From an uncultured Chloroflexia bacterium (lineage in GTDB: Bacteria > Chloroflexota > Limnocylindria > Limnocylindrales > CSP1-4), in contig CAVYIV010000003.1 in assembly GCA_963768675.1 (NCBI GenBank), positions 5,439 through 69,438 of the forward strand: DNA of 64,000 bases, given 5' to 3'. Of this stretch, positions 1 through 10,198 are shown in pieces. The notes below the pieces were generated by a model. The model was not told where the DNA came from and made no database searches. It saw only the letters and a list, made by a program, of their open reading frames with translations. Both the position numbers and the translations under genes were made by a program. Within the stretch, counting starts at the first letter, position 1; each line of letters begins with the position of its first letter.

Positions 1-1132
1 TGGCCGGACCTCCAGCGGTCGACCCGCTGCGGCCCTCGGCCGTCGCCGCCTGGAGGCGGCGCAGCGCGTCGACCACTTCGCCGGGCGTCGGGACCATGCC
101 GCCGGTCCGGCCTTCGAAGGCAACCGGGACCGTCCCTCGACGGCGAGGCGGACGTCCTCGACCATCTGGCCGGCCGACAGCTCCACCACGAGGATGCCGC
201 GAGCGCGCGCAGCCACCGCCGCCAGCGCTGCCGACGGGAACGGCCAGAGCGTGATCGGGCGGAAGAGCCCGACCCGCAGGCCCGTCATCGCGGGCCTGCG
301 CGATCGCCGTCCGCGCGACGCGTGCGGCGGTCCCATAGGCCACGATCACCAGGTCCGCGTCGTCGAGGCTCTCGCTCGCCCAGCGGACCTCGCGGGCCGG
401 AGATCTCGGCGAACTTCGCCTGCAGGTGGCGGTTGTGGATCTCGAGGTCCTCGGGCTCGAGGTGCATCGACTTCACCACCCGGGGTGGCCGGCCGTCGGC
501 GCCCGGGCGCGCCCATCCGGCCGCGAGCCGGGGCGGTTCGCGGAACTGGAGCTCCACCGGCTCCATGGCCTGACCGAGCGTGCCGTCGGCAAGGATGAAC
601 ACGGGCGTGCGGTACTTCTCGGCGAGCTCGAAGGCATCCGCCATGAGCGCGATCGCCTCGCCGATCGAGGACGGCGCCAGGACCGGCACGCGGTAGTCGC
701 CGTGGCCGTGCCCTTTCGTTGCCTGGAAGTAGTCCGCTCTGGCTCGGTCCGATGCCGCCGAGCCCGGGTCCGCCGCGCATGACGTTGACCAGCACCATCG
801 GGATCTCGGCGCCCGGCCATGTAGCTCATCCCCTCGGCCATCAGGCTGATCCCCGGTGAGGACGAGGAGACCAGGACGCGCGCCCCGGTGGCCGCCGCGC
901 CGAGAGCCATGTTGATGGCGCCCAGCTCGGACTCCGCCTGGACGAATGCGCGCCCTTCCTCGGGCATCCGGCGCGCCATCCACTCCAGGAGCTCCGCCTG
1001 GGGCGTGATCGGGTAGCCGAAGTAGGCGTCGCACCCGGCCCGGATGGCAGCCTCAGCCATCGCCTCGTTGCCCTTCATCAGCACGCGATGGCCGTGGTGC
1101 AGGGTCGTCGGCGGGATCGTGGCGGTGGTCAT
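1..1132 (-). CDS. vorB: 2-oxoacid:ferredoxin oxidoreductase alpha-type subunit (VorB-like), frameshifted; stop lies just outside the window
   Basis: [38 protein letters not shown], then [18 protein letters not shown] and GRTGGMVP motifs spread over several frames. Confidence 0.85.
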
Positions 1133-1443
1133 CGCGCGGTCCCCCGGGGCGGCTTCGGTGCCGCGAAGACGGTGAAGACGCTATCCGGGCAGACCCGCGC
1201 GCAGAGCGCGCAGCTGGTACAGGCGGCGGGATCGATCAGCAGGATGGGGTGGTAGCCAAGGACGTTCACGCGCGTCTCGTCCAGGGCGAGCGCCTGTTTC
1301 GCGCAGGCGCCGATGCAGAGGCTGCATCCCTTGCAGCGGTCAGTCGCGATGTGAAGCGGGCTCCATGTCCCGGGCGCGGAGCCGGCCAGGGCCGGCAACT
1401 CCGCGCCCGGTAATGCGAGGGAGTCCTGTGCAACGGCGATCAT
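1129..1443 (-). CDS. 2x[4Fe-4S] ferredoxin, delta subunit of 2-oxoacid:ferredoxin oxidoreductase
   Basis: [11 protein letters not shown] and [12 protein letters not shown] motifs; ATGA overlap with vorB. Confidence 0.88.
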   Translation of the reverse strand: MIAVAQDSLALPGAELPALAGSAPGTWSPLHIATDRCKGCSLCIGACAKQALALDETRVNVLGYHPILLIDPAACTSCALCARVCPDSVFTVFAAPKPPRGTAR

Positions 1444-1507
1444 CCGGTTGGAACCTCCTGCCTGATGCTGTGGCTTCGAGCCTCTTCCGGCCCGAAGTGG
1501 CGGGCTA

Positions 1508-1691
1508 GGGCCGAAGGGTTGCGATCGCGTATCGAAACGGCCCGATCGCGCTGGAAGGAGACGGGGGCCGAAGGGCCCCTCCCGCTGCCGGGCGGCGGGC
1601 GTGTGCGGAGCGGGCTGCAGGGGCCCGCCCTGACGGACGCGGGGCCGCCATCCGGCCCCCCGTTGGCCGCCGTTCCGGGGACCTTCGGCAC
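1508..1691. promoter_or_regulatory. Three copies of a 14-bp DosR/DevR-like box in the divergent vor/hyp promoter region
   Basis: GGGCCGAAGGGTTG (1508-1521), GGGCCGAAGGGCCC (1565-1578), GGGACCTTCGGCAC (1678-1691, reverse complement GTGCCGAAGGTCCC). Confidence 0.45.
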
Positions 1692-1727
1692 GTCCGCGGT
1701 GCGCATCGGGCGGGCGATCCTATGCGC

Positions 1728-4184
1728 ATGGCCGCATCGGTTGCGAAGCGACAGGCGCGTCCCGGCGAGAAGACAGGTCGACGGGGTCGCCGCGCCGTAG
1801 CCCGCACGCTCCTTGTCGAGGGCGTCGTCCAGGGCGTCGGGTTTCGCCCCTTCGTATGGCGCCTGGCGACCGAGCTGGACCTCACCGGCCGGGTGCGCAA
1901 CGCGGCGGGTCGGGTGGAGATCGAAGCGGCCGGCGCGCCCCCGGCCCTCGATGCCTTTGCCCGGCGCCTGCGAACGGACGCACCTCCCCGTGCCCGCGTG
2001 GAGCGGGTCACCGCCGTGCCGATGGACCCGGCGGTCGCGGCGACCCTTCCGACCACCTTCGTGATCGATGCCAGCGTGAGCGCGGACGCGGCCGATCGGC
2101 TCTTCCCGCCCGACATCGCGACCTGCGACGACTGTCTCGCCGAGCTCGCGGACCCGGCGGACCGGCGCTATCGATACCCCTTCACCAACTGCACGAACTG
2201 CGGGCCGCGCGCGACGATCATCGACGAGCTGCCGTACGACCGCGCCAGCACGACGATGCGCGCGTTCCCCCTGTGCACGGAGTGCGCCGCGGAATACGTG
2301 AATCCTGCCGATCGCCGCTTCCATGCCGAGCCGGTCGCCTGCCCGCGCTGCGGACCGCGCCTTGCCTATCGGAGGACGGAGGCGCCCGCGCCGGAGGCGC
2401 TCGAGGAGGCAGCCCTGATGGCCGCCGCGGCCGACCTCCGCGCCGGCCGGATCGTCGCGGTCAAGGGGCTGGGCGGCTACCACCTCGCCTGCGACGCGAC
2501 CGATCCGGCGGCCGTCGGACGACTGCGCGACCGCAAGCGCCGCTGGGCCAAGCCGTTCGCGGTGATGGTCCGTGACCTTGCGGCCGCCCGTGCCCTGTGC
2601 CACGTGACGGCCGCCGAGGCGGGGCTCCTCGCCGGTCCGGCGCGACCGATCGTGCTTCTCGTGGCCCGACGCAGCGGCGCGCCTGCCTTGGCGCCGTCCG
2701 TGGCGGCCGGGAGTCGCCGGCTCGGGATCTTTCTGCCCTATACGCCGCTCCACACTCTTCTCCTCGAGGCGGTCGGGCGGCCGCTCGTCCTGACCTCGGG
2801 CAACCTGGCGGACGAGCCGCTGGCGACCGACGACGCCGATGCGGCGGCGCGACTTGCCGGGCTGGCAGACGCGTACCTCACCCACGATCGCGAGATCCGG
2901 GCCCGCTACGACGACTCGGTCACCCGGGTCGTCGCGGGCCGCGAGTCGCTGGTCCGGCGCGCGCGCGGATACGCCCCGGAGGCACTGGAGCTCCCTGTCG
3001 CCGCGACGCGTCCGATCCTCGCGGTTGGAGCGGAGCTCAAGCACACCTTCACGCTCGCGCGCGGCGAGCGGGCCCACGTCGCACCCCACAATGGGGACCT
3101 CGAGGACCTCGCGACGCACCTGGCCTTCACGGACGGGCTGGCACACCTCTCGCGGCTGCTCGCGCTCGAGCCGGAGATAGTGGCCCACGATCGCCACCCG
3201 GAGTACCTGTCCACGAAGTACGCCGCGGCCCGGTTCCCGGCCGAGCGCCGGATCGCGGTCCAGCACCACCACGCGCATGTCGCCTCCTGTGCGGCCGAGC
3301 ACGGCATCACGGCGCCCTTTATCGGCGTTGCTTACGACGGGCTGGGGATGGGCGACGACGGCAGCCTCTGGGGCGGCGAAATCTTCATCGCCGACCTGGT
3401 CGCCTACCGCCGGGTTGCCAGGTTCGGGCGGGCACCGCTCCCCGGCGGCGCGCTGGCCGTTCGGCGTCCCTACCGGATGGCGCTCGGCTACCTGCTTGGC
3501 GCTGAGGCGCTCCGGGCCGACGAGAAGGCCGGAGTGGCGGAGGCGTGCGGCCGCGACGGCGACCTCTCGCAGGAGCTTCTCGCCAGGCTCGACGCGCGCG
3601 AGGTCGCCGTTATCCGGACCCAGGTGGCGCGCGGCTTCAACGCCCCGCAGGCCTCGTCGGCCGGCCGGCTCTTCGATGCGGCCGCAAGCCTCCTCGGGCT
3701 CCGCGATGTCGCCGAGTACGAGGCGCAGGCGGCGATCGACCTCGAGATCTCGGCTGGTGATCGCGCGGCGGCGGCGCTGCCGTATGCGGTGGAGCGCCTC
3801 GGGAACATGCTCGTCTACGACCCGCGTCCGACACTGGCGGCGCTGCTTTCAGGCCGGGCTGCGGGCCTTCCCGCAGGCGTGCTCGCGGCCGGCTTCCACG
3901 AGACGATCGCCGAGGTCACCCGCGAGCTCTGCGCAAACGTCGCCGCGGACACCGGGATCGGCAGCGTCTGCCTGTCGGGCGGCGTCTTCCAGAACCGGCG
4001 CCTGGCGAGTGCGCTGCTCGGGCGCCTGGCCCGTGACGGCTTCGCGGTCTTCATCAACCGCCGCGTCCCGGTGAACGACGGCGGAATCAGTTACGGTCAG
4101 GCGGCGATCGCCGCGGCCACGATGGCGGCCGGGTCGGCCGCGGACGCCGGCGTCCCCGCCGGCCGCGCGCGAGGAAGGAACTAG
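1728..4184 (+). CDS. hypF: Carbamoyltransferase HypF, [NiFe]-hydrogenase maturation
   Basis: Acylphosphatase [12 protein letters not shown], zinc fingers [44 protein letters not shown]. Confidence 0.97.
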   Translation: MAASVAKRQARPGEKTGRRGRRAVARTLLVEGVVQGVGFRPFVWRLATELDLTGRVRNAAGRVEIEAAGAPPALDAFARRLRTDAPPRARVERVTAVPMDPAVAATLPTTFVIDASVSADAADRLFPPDIATCDDCLAELADPADRRYRYPFTNCTNCGPRATIIDELPYDRASTTMRAFPLCTECAAEYVNPADRRFHAEPVACPRCGPRLAYRRTEAPAPEALEEAALMAAAADLRAGRIVAVKGLGGYHLACDATDPAAVGRLRDRKRRWAKPFAVMVRDLAAARALCHVTAAEAGLLAGPARPIVLLVARRSGAPALAPSVAAGSRRLGIFLPYTPLHTLLLEAVGRPLVLTSGNLADEPLATDDADAAARLAGLADAYLTHDREIRARYDDSVTRVVAGRESLVRRARGYAPEALELPVAATRPILAVGAELKHTFTLARGERAHVAPHNGDLEDLATHLAFTDGLAHLSRLLALEPEIVAHDRHPEYLSTKYAAARFPAERRIAVQHHHAHVASCAAEHGITAPFIGVAYDGLGMGDDGSLWGGEIFIADLVAYRRVARFGRAPLPGGALAVRRPYRMALGYLLGAEALRADEKAGVAEACGRDGDLSQELLARLDAREVAVIRTQVARGFNAPQASSAGRLFDAAASLLGLRDVAEYEAQAAIDLEISAGDRAAAALPYAVERLGNMLVYDPRPTLAALLSGRAAGLPAGVLAAGFHETIAEVTRELCANVAADTGIGSVCLSGGVFQNRRLASALLGRLARDGFAVFINRRVPVNDGGISYGQAAIAAATMAAGSAADAGVPAGRARGRN

Positions 4185-4189
4185 AAGCC

Positions 4190-4542
4190 ATGTGTCTGGG
4201 GATTCCCGGCCGGGTCGTCGAGATCCGCGACGACGCGGGCCTGCCGATGGGCAAGGTCGACTTCGGCGGGGTTCGCAAGGATGCCTGCCTTGCCTACATC
4301 CCCGAGGTGCAGCTCGGCGACTACGTGATCATCCACGTCGGGTTCGCGATCTCGCGGGTTGACGAGGAGGAGGCGCTGAAGACGCTCGAGATCCTCGCCT
4401 CGCATGGGCGACCTGATGGAGCGCGGAGCTCGCGACGATGGGCCCCGGGATGGACGCGCCGGCGGTCGTCTCCGACGATGGCCCGCCGTTCGACGGGGCT
4501 CGCGACGTCCCGCTCACCCGCGCTCCCGGGGGCCCCGCGTGA
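4190..4542 (+). CDS. hypC: Hydrogenase maturation chaperone HypC (frameshifts near 4405-4425)
   Basis: MCLGIPG N-terminus, [12 protein letters not shown]; reconstructed frame ends at TGA overlapping the hypD GTG. Confidence 0.93.
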
Positions 4543-5717
4543 AGTATCTCGACGAGTACCGCGACCCGGTCCTCGCCCGGAAGCTGATCGCCGAGATCCA
4601 CCGCATCACCACCCGGCCGTGGACGCTCATGGAGGTCTGCGGCGGCCAGACCCACACCATCGTCAAGCAGGGGATCGACGAGGCGCTGCCCCAGGGCGTC
4701 CGCATGATCCACGGCCCGGGCTGCCCGGTCTGTGTTACCCCGCTCGAGCAGGTCGACAAGGCGCTTGCGATCGCTGCCCGACCGGACGTGATCTTCACGA
4801 GCTACGGCGACATGCTGCGCGTCCCCGGATCGACCACCGACCTGCTCGCGCTCAAGGCGCGCGGGCGCGGACGTCCGGATCGTCTACTCGCCGCTCGACG
4901 CCCTCAAGATCGCGCATGCCAACCCCGACCGGCAGGTCGTCTTCTTCGCGGTCGGCTTCGAGACCACCGCGCCGGCGAACGCGATGGCCGTCGCGGAGGC
5001 GGCCCGCCGCGGGATCGACAACTTCAGCGTCCTCGTGTCGCCACGTCCTGGTGCCGCCCGCGATGGTCGCGCTGCTCGAATCGCCGGCCAATCAGGTCCA
5101 GGCGTTCCTGGCCGCCGGCCACGTCTGCGCCGTCATGGGCTGGACGGAGTACGAGCCGATCGCGGCGAAGTACCGGGTTCCGATCGTCGTGACGGGCTTC
5201 GAGCCGCTCGATCTTCTCGAGGGCATCCTGATGGCGATCCGGCAGCTCGAGGAGGGGCGCCACGAGGTGGAGAACCAGTACGCGCGCGCGGTCCGGCGGG
5301 AGGGCGTCCCGCTCGCCCAGAAGCAGATCCTCGAGGTCTTCGAGGTCGGCGATCGGAAGTGGCGGGGGGTCGGGGAGATCCCCGACTCCGGCTACCGCCT
5401 TCGCCCGAAGTACGCCGGCTTCGACGCCGAGGCGCGGTTCTCCGTCGGCGACATCCACACCCAGGAGCACCCGGCCTGCATCGCGGGCGCCATTCTCACC
5501 GGCGAGAAGACGCCCCTCGACTGCACGGCGTACGGGGCCCTCTGCAGCCCCCAGAAGCCGCTCGGGGCCCCGATGGTGAGCTCGGAGGGGACCTGCGCCG
5601 CGTTCTTCTCGGCGGGCCGCGGGCTCGGCAGCGCGCGGACGCTGGCGCCGGCGACGCCGTTCTTCCAGGTGGCGCCGCTCGATTCCGGCCGCCGGGCCGG
5701 CGGACGCGGGCCGATGA
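4539..5717 (+). CDS. hypD: Hydrogenase maturation protein HypD (frameshifted)
   Basis: [38 protein letters not shown] motifs across frames. Confidence 0.95.
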
Positions 5718-6830
5718 GCGGCCGGCGCGAACCCCAGGTCGGCACCGCTCCGGAGCCGCGGGTCGGCGGGTCGGTGACGATCGACGCGAACGGGATCGCG
5801 TGCCCGGCGCCGATCCCGGAGGACCAGCGCGTCATCCTCGGACACGGGTCCGGCGGCCAGCTCTCGGCTGCGCTCATGCGGGACGTGATCGGCCCCGCAC
5901 TTGCGGCGGCCGCGCCCGGTGGCCCGCTCAACGACGCGGCTGTCGTCGACATCGCCGGCGCACGGCTCGCCTTCACCACCGACACGTTCGTGGTCAGCCC
6001 GCTCGCGTTCCCGGGCGGCGACATCGGCGAGCTCGCCGTCAACGGGACGCTCAACGACCTCGCGATGATGGGCGCCCGGCCGGTCGCCCTCTCGCTGGCC
6101 TACGTCATCGAGGAGGGGCTGCCGTTCGAGGAGCTGCGGGCGATCACCGAGTCGGCGGCCCGGGCGGCTGCCCGGGCCGGGGCCCGCATCGTGACCGGCG
6201 ACACGAAGGTCGTCGGACGGGGAGCCGCGGACCGCCTCTTCGTCAACACGGCGGGCATCGGGCTGGTCCCGGACGGCGTGGCGCCGGCTGCGGACCGCGC
6301 CGCGATCGGCGACGCGGTCATCCTGTCCGGGCCGATCGGCCTCCACGGGGTCGCGATCATGAGCGTCCGCGAGGGGCTGGAGTTCGAGGTCGAGGTCGCC
6401 TCGGACACGCAGGCGCTCGACGGACTCGTGGCCGCGATCCTGGAGGCGGAGCCCGAGGTCCACGTCCTGCGCGACCCGACGCGGGGCGGCCTCGCCTCCG
6501 CGCTCAACGAGATCGCCTCGACGTCGGGCGTCGGCATGGTGCTCGACGAGCCGTCCATCCTGATCCCGGGACCCGTTCGGGCAGCCTGCGAGATGCTGGG
6601 CCTCGACCCGTTCCACGTGGCGAACGAGGGGAAGCTCGTCGCGATCGTGCCGCGGGGCTCGGCCGACGTCGGTCGTGGAGGCGATGCGGGCGACCCGCGA
6701 GGGCGCCGACGCGGCGGTCATCGGGACGGTCGTCGCGGAACACCCGGGTATGGTCACCCTGCGGACGATCGTCGGGAGCGAGCGGATCGTCGACATGCTG
6801 GTCGGCGAGCAGCTGCCCCGCATTTGCTGA
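5714..6830 (+). CDS. hypE: Hydrogenase maturation protein HypE (frameshift near 6670)
   Basis: [44 protein letters not shown]-terminal GEQLPRIC*. Confidence 0.96.
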
Positions 6831-6922
6831 GGCAGGCTCCCCGTCGATGCCCCGCGGCCCCCGTGCCGATCGGCAGGGGAGGCCTGTGCCGGACGGTCCT
6901 TCGAACGGGCCATCGGCATCTT

Positions 6923-6938
6923 ATGCACGGATGCGCAT
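6923..6938. promoter_or_regulatory. Putative ArsR-family operator
   Basis: ATGC-N8-GCAT inverted repeat just upstream of the ArsR gene. Confidence 0.35.
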
Positions 6939-6955
6939 GGACTGATCATCGCGGC

Positions 6956-7321
6956 ATGGAAGCGATCTGGAGCCTCCAGTCGGAGGTCATGAAGATCCTC
7001 GCGAGCCCGCGGCGGCTCGAGATCCTGCACCTCCTCGCCGAGGAGCCAAAGGAGGTCGGCCGCCTTGCCGATGAGATGGGGATCAGCCAGCCCAACGTCT
7101 CCCAGCACCTCGCCGTGATGCGGGCGGCCGGGATCGTCGAGGCCGAGCGCGACGGACGAGAGGTCCGCTATCGGCTCACCGATCCGGACGTCATCGTCGC
7201 GTGCAGCCTCATGCGCGGGGTGTTGATGCGCCGTCTCGCCCGCCTCGGCGAGCTCTCCGAACAGCCCCTCCCGGCAGACGACCGAGCGCTCGCCGCCACC
7301 TCGTCGACCGGCGCGGGGTGA
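6956..7321 (+). CDS. ArsR/SmtB family transcriptional regulator heading a sulfur-relay cassette
   Basis: [16 protein letters not shown]...[14 protein letters not shown]...[10 protein letters not shown] wHTH; single Cys in C-terminal helix. Confidence 0.92.
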   Translation: MEAIWSLQSEVMKILASPRRLEILHLLAEEPKEVGRLADEMGISQPNVSQHLAVMRAAGIVEAERDGREVRYRLTDPDVIVACSLMRGVLMRRLARLGELSEQPLPADDRALAATSSTGAG

Positions 7322-7322
7322 G

Positions 7323-7745
7323 GTGACCCGCGTGGACGAACCGATCAACCTGGTGCTCTTCTCCGGCACCGCGGACAAGCTCCAGTCGGCCGCCGTGATG
7401 ACCGCGGGTGCCGCGGCGCTCGGCCGGCGCGTGAACATCTTCCTCCAGTACTGGGCGCTCGACGCGTTCCGCAAGGACCGGATCACAGCGACCCTGGGGC
7501 TCAGCCCGGAGGCGGGGAAGGCCGGGGCGGCCCTCGTCGCGGCGGCCGCGGAGGCAGGCCAGGCGCCGTGGCACGAGACGCTCCGCCAGGCGAAGGAGCT
7601 CGGCGAGGTCGACATCCAGGCCTGCTCGCTGTCGATGGATGTCCTCAAGATCGAGGAGGCGGACCTCGACCCGCTCGTCGACGGGGTCGAGGGCGTGACC
7701 GCCTTCTATCTCAACGCGGGCGACGGCCACATCATCTTCATCTAG
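7323..7745 (+). CDS. DsrE/DsrF-like sulfur relay protein
   Basis: LVLFSGTADK, IFLQYWAL, IQACSLSMD pattern; context. Confidence 0.8.
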   Translation: MTRVDEPINLVLFSGTADKLQSAAVMTAGAAALGRRVNIFLQYWALDAFRKDRITATLGLSPEAGKAGAALVAAAAEAGQAPWHETLRQAKELGEVDIQACSLSMDVLKIEEADLDPLVDGVEGVTAFYLNAGDGHIIFI

Positions 7746-7805
7746 GCGGAACACCGGCGCGGCCGCCTGGCGGCCAGCGTGCCGAAGAGCAGGAAGGGAT
7801 CAGGG

Positions 7806-8039
7806 ATGCCTCTCGAGATCGCCCAGCGCGTGGATGCCAAGGGCCTGGCGTGCCCGATGCCGATCGTCAAGACGGCCCAGGCCGTCAAGACGATGACCAG
7901 CGGGCAGCTCCTGGAGGTGCTCGCCACGGATGCGGGCTCCACCAAGGACTTCGCCGCGTGGTGCAAGAGCACCGGCAACGAGCTCGTCGAGAGCAGCGCC
8001 GAGGGCGGGGTGTATCGCTTTGTCCTCCGCCGGAAGTGA
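7806..8039 (+). CDS. tusA: Sulfurtransferase TusA family protein
   Basis: DAKGLACPMP, TDAGS..DF.AWC. Confidence 0.92.
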   Translation: MPLEIAQRVDAKGLACPMPIVKTAQAVKTMTSGQLLEVLATDAGSTKDFAAWCKSTGNELVESSAEGGVYRFVLRRK

Positions 8040-8049
8040 GGGACCACCG

Positions 8050-8613
8050 ATGACCGCAGTCGCAGAGCCACCGATGGCCGTCGCGGATGCGCCGAGCGTG
8101 GCCCCGGCTCCCGCCGTGGAGGACGACGGCGCCACGAAGTCGAAGGACGTCCTGATCATCTGCTACAGCGGCGAGCTCGAGAAGACATGGGCGACCATGA
8201 TCCTCGCCTCGACGAGCGCCGCCATGGGTGTGAAGACGCGCGTGTTCGTGACGTTTTGGGGCCTCCAGACGTTCGTCAAGGACGCGAGGCGGATCACCGG
8301 CCAGAACTGGATGCAGAAGATGCTGTCCTTCATGCAGCGGCCGGGTGTCAGCCACCGGAAGCTCTCGAAGATGAACTTCCTGGGCATGGGGCCCTGGATG
8401 ATGGGCACGCTCGCGAAGCAGTACAAGGTCGCCAGCCCGAAGGAGCTGCTGGAGGTTGCCCAGGCGCTCGGCGTCGAGTTCATCCCCTGCCAGATGACCA
8501 TGGACATGTTCGGGCTGACCCGCGACGACCTCATCGAGGGCATGGGCGAGCCGGTCGGCGCCGCGACCGTGATCGGCCTCATGACCGAGGGAAGCTCCCC
8601 GCTCTTCATCTGA
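8050..8613 (+). CDS. DsrE/DsrF/DrsH-like (DsrE2-type) protein
   Basis: YSGELEK, VFVTFWGL, LSKMNFLGMG, IPCQMTMDMFG. Confidence 0.9.
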   Translation: MTAVAEPPMAVADAPSVAPAPAVEDDGATKSKDVLIICYSGELEKTWATMILASTSAAMGVKTRVFVTFWGLQTFVKDARRITGQNWMQKMLSFMQRPGVSHRKLSKMNFLGMGPWMMGTLAKQYKVASPKELLEVAQALGVEFIPCQMTMDMFGLTRDDLIEGMGEPVGAATVIGLMTEGSSPLFI

Positions 8614-8717
8614 CCCTGCTGATCTGACCCGGCCCGCCGCGCGCGGGGGCCCGCGGCGTCTCGCCGTCCGGCCCTCACGCGACTGGACGGGATGCAACGG
8701 AAGGAACGGTTTTCCGT

Positions 8718-8954
8718 ATGGCAGCCACGATCACCCGCACCGTCGACGCCCGGGGAAGCTTCTGCCCCGGTCCGCTCATGGAGCTCATCCGCGCGATCAA
8801 GGAATCCGACGTGGGCGACACGATCGCCGTCTGGTCGGCCGACAAGGGCAGCAGGATCGACATCCCGAAGTGGATCGAGAAGGCCGGTCACACGCTCGTG
8901 AGCGTCGAGTCGAAGGACGGCTACGACGAGATCGTCGTCACGAAGGCCCGGTAG
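8718..8954 (+). CDS. tusA: Second TusA family sulfurtransferase
   Basis: DARGSFCPGPLMEL, D.GS..DIPKW. Confidence 0.9.
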   Translation: MAATITRTVDARGSFCPGPLMELIRAIKESDVGDTIAVWSADKGSRIDIPKWIEKAGHTLVSVESKDGYDEIVVTKAR

Positions 8955-8958
8955 CCTC

Positions 8959-10152
8959 GTGCAGCGCGTCGTCGTCCTCGGCGGCGGGGTCGGCGGAACC
9001 CTCGCCGCGAACCTCATCGCCAGGAAGCTCAAGCATCACATCGCGCGCGGCGAGGCGAAGGTCACGGTCGTCGACGGGACGGGCGAGCATGCGTACCAGC
9101 CGGGCTACATGTACATCGCCATGGGCAGCGAGCGGCCGGAGCGCCTCCACCGGCCGGAGCGCTCGCTGCTCGACGGGAACGTCGACCTGGTGGTCGAGAC
9201 CATCGTGCGGATCGATCCCGCGAACTCTCTCGTGGAGATGGCCTCGGGCGCCCGGATCCACTTCGACCAGCTGGTCATCGCGACCGGCTGCCGGATCCTG
9301 CCGGAGACGATCGAGAGCTTCGAGACGGAGGCGTACCACTTCTACACGCCGGCGGCTTCGGCACGGCTGCGGAAGGCCCTGGATGCCTTCGCGGGCGGGA
9401 AGATCGTGATCGGCATCGCCGGGATCCCCTACAAGTGTCCGCCCGCGCCGCTCGAGGTGGCCTTCCTCGTCGAAGCGGAGCTGCGGACACGTGGCCTGCG
9501 CGAGAAGACGCAGCTTACCTTCCTCTCGCCGATCAACCGCGCGTTCACGATCGAGAGCGTGAGCGAGATGGCGACTCCGATCTTCGCGGAGAAGGGGATC
9601 GACCTCCAGCTCCTCGCCGGCGTCGACTCGATCGATGCCGAGCGCAAGGTCGTGATCACCGACGCGATGGAGGAGTACCCGTACGACCTGCTGATCTGCG
9701 TGCCGCCCCACAAGGGGGCCCAGGCGCTCATCGACTCCGGCCTCGCGCCCAAGTCGGGCTGGCTCCCGACCGATCGCCACACGCTCCAGGTGAAGCACCT
9801 GGTCCCGCCCAACACGCCTGACGCCGAGGTGCCGCGCTACCCGAACATCCACGCCCTCGGCGACGCGACCGACCTGCCGCTCTCGAAGGCGGGCTCCACG
9901 GCTCACTTCGAGGCCCCGATCGTCGCCGAGCGCGTCAGCGCCCTCGTCATGGGCCGCGAGCCCGAGGGCAAGGATGCGAGCTACACCGGCAAGGTGATGT
10001 GCTTCTTCGAGGTCGGCGACGGGAAGGGCACGCTCCTCCAGTTTGACTACGAGCACCCACCGAAGCCACCTCGCCCCAATCAGCTCTGGCACCTCGGCAA
10101 GATGGTCTTCAACAAGACCTACTGGCACACCGTCCCGCGCGGTCGCGTCTGA
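8959..10152 (+). CDS. sqr: Sulfide:quinone oxidoreductase-like FAD-dependent oxidoreductase
   Basis: GGGVGG FAD motif, YQPG, YKCPPAPLE, LGDAT, SKAGSTA, C-terminal Cys (VMCFFE). Confidence 0.82.
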   Translation: MQRVVVLGGGVGGTLAANLIARKLKHHIARGEAKVTVVDGTGEHAYQPGYMYIAMGSERPERLHRPERSLLDGNVDLVVETIVRIDPANSLVEMASGARIHFDQLVIATGCRILPETIESFETEAYHFYTPAASARLRKALDAFAGGKIVIGIAGIPYKCPPAPLEVAFLVEAELRTRGLREKTQLTFLSPINRAFTIESVSEMATPIFAEKGIDLQLLAGVDSIDAERKVVITDAMEEYPYDLLICVPPHKGAQALIDSGLAPKSGWLPTDRHTLQVKHLVPPNTPDAEVPRYPNIHALGDATDLPLSKAGSTAHFEAPIVAERVSALVMGREPEGKDASYTGKVMCFFEVGDGKGTLLQFDYEHPPKPPRPNQLWHLGKMVFNKTYWHTVPRGRV

Positions 10153-10198
10153 GCCATCCGCGTCGCCGGCCGAGCCGGGCGATCCTACAATCACGGGC

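Noticed and set aside
4190-7321. 1043-aa ORF appearing to fuse HypC, HypD, HypE and ArsR
   Set aside because: Mosaic of four genes joined by indels and stop-poor GC-rich frames; the HypE PRIC* end and the ArsR start are separately visible
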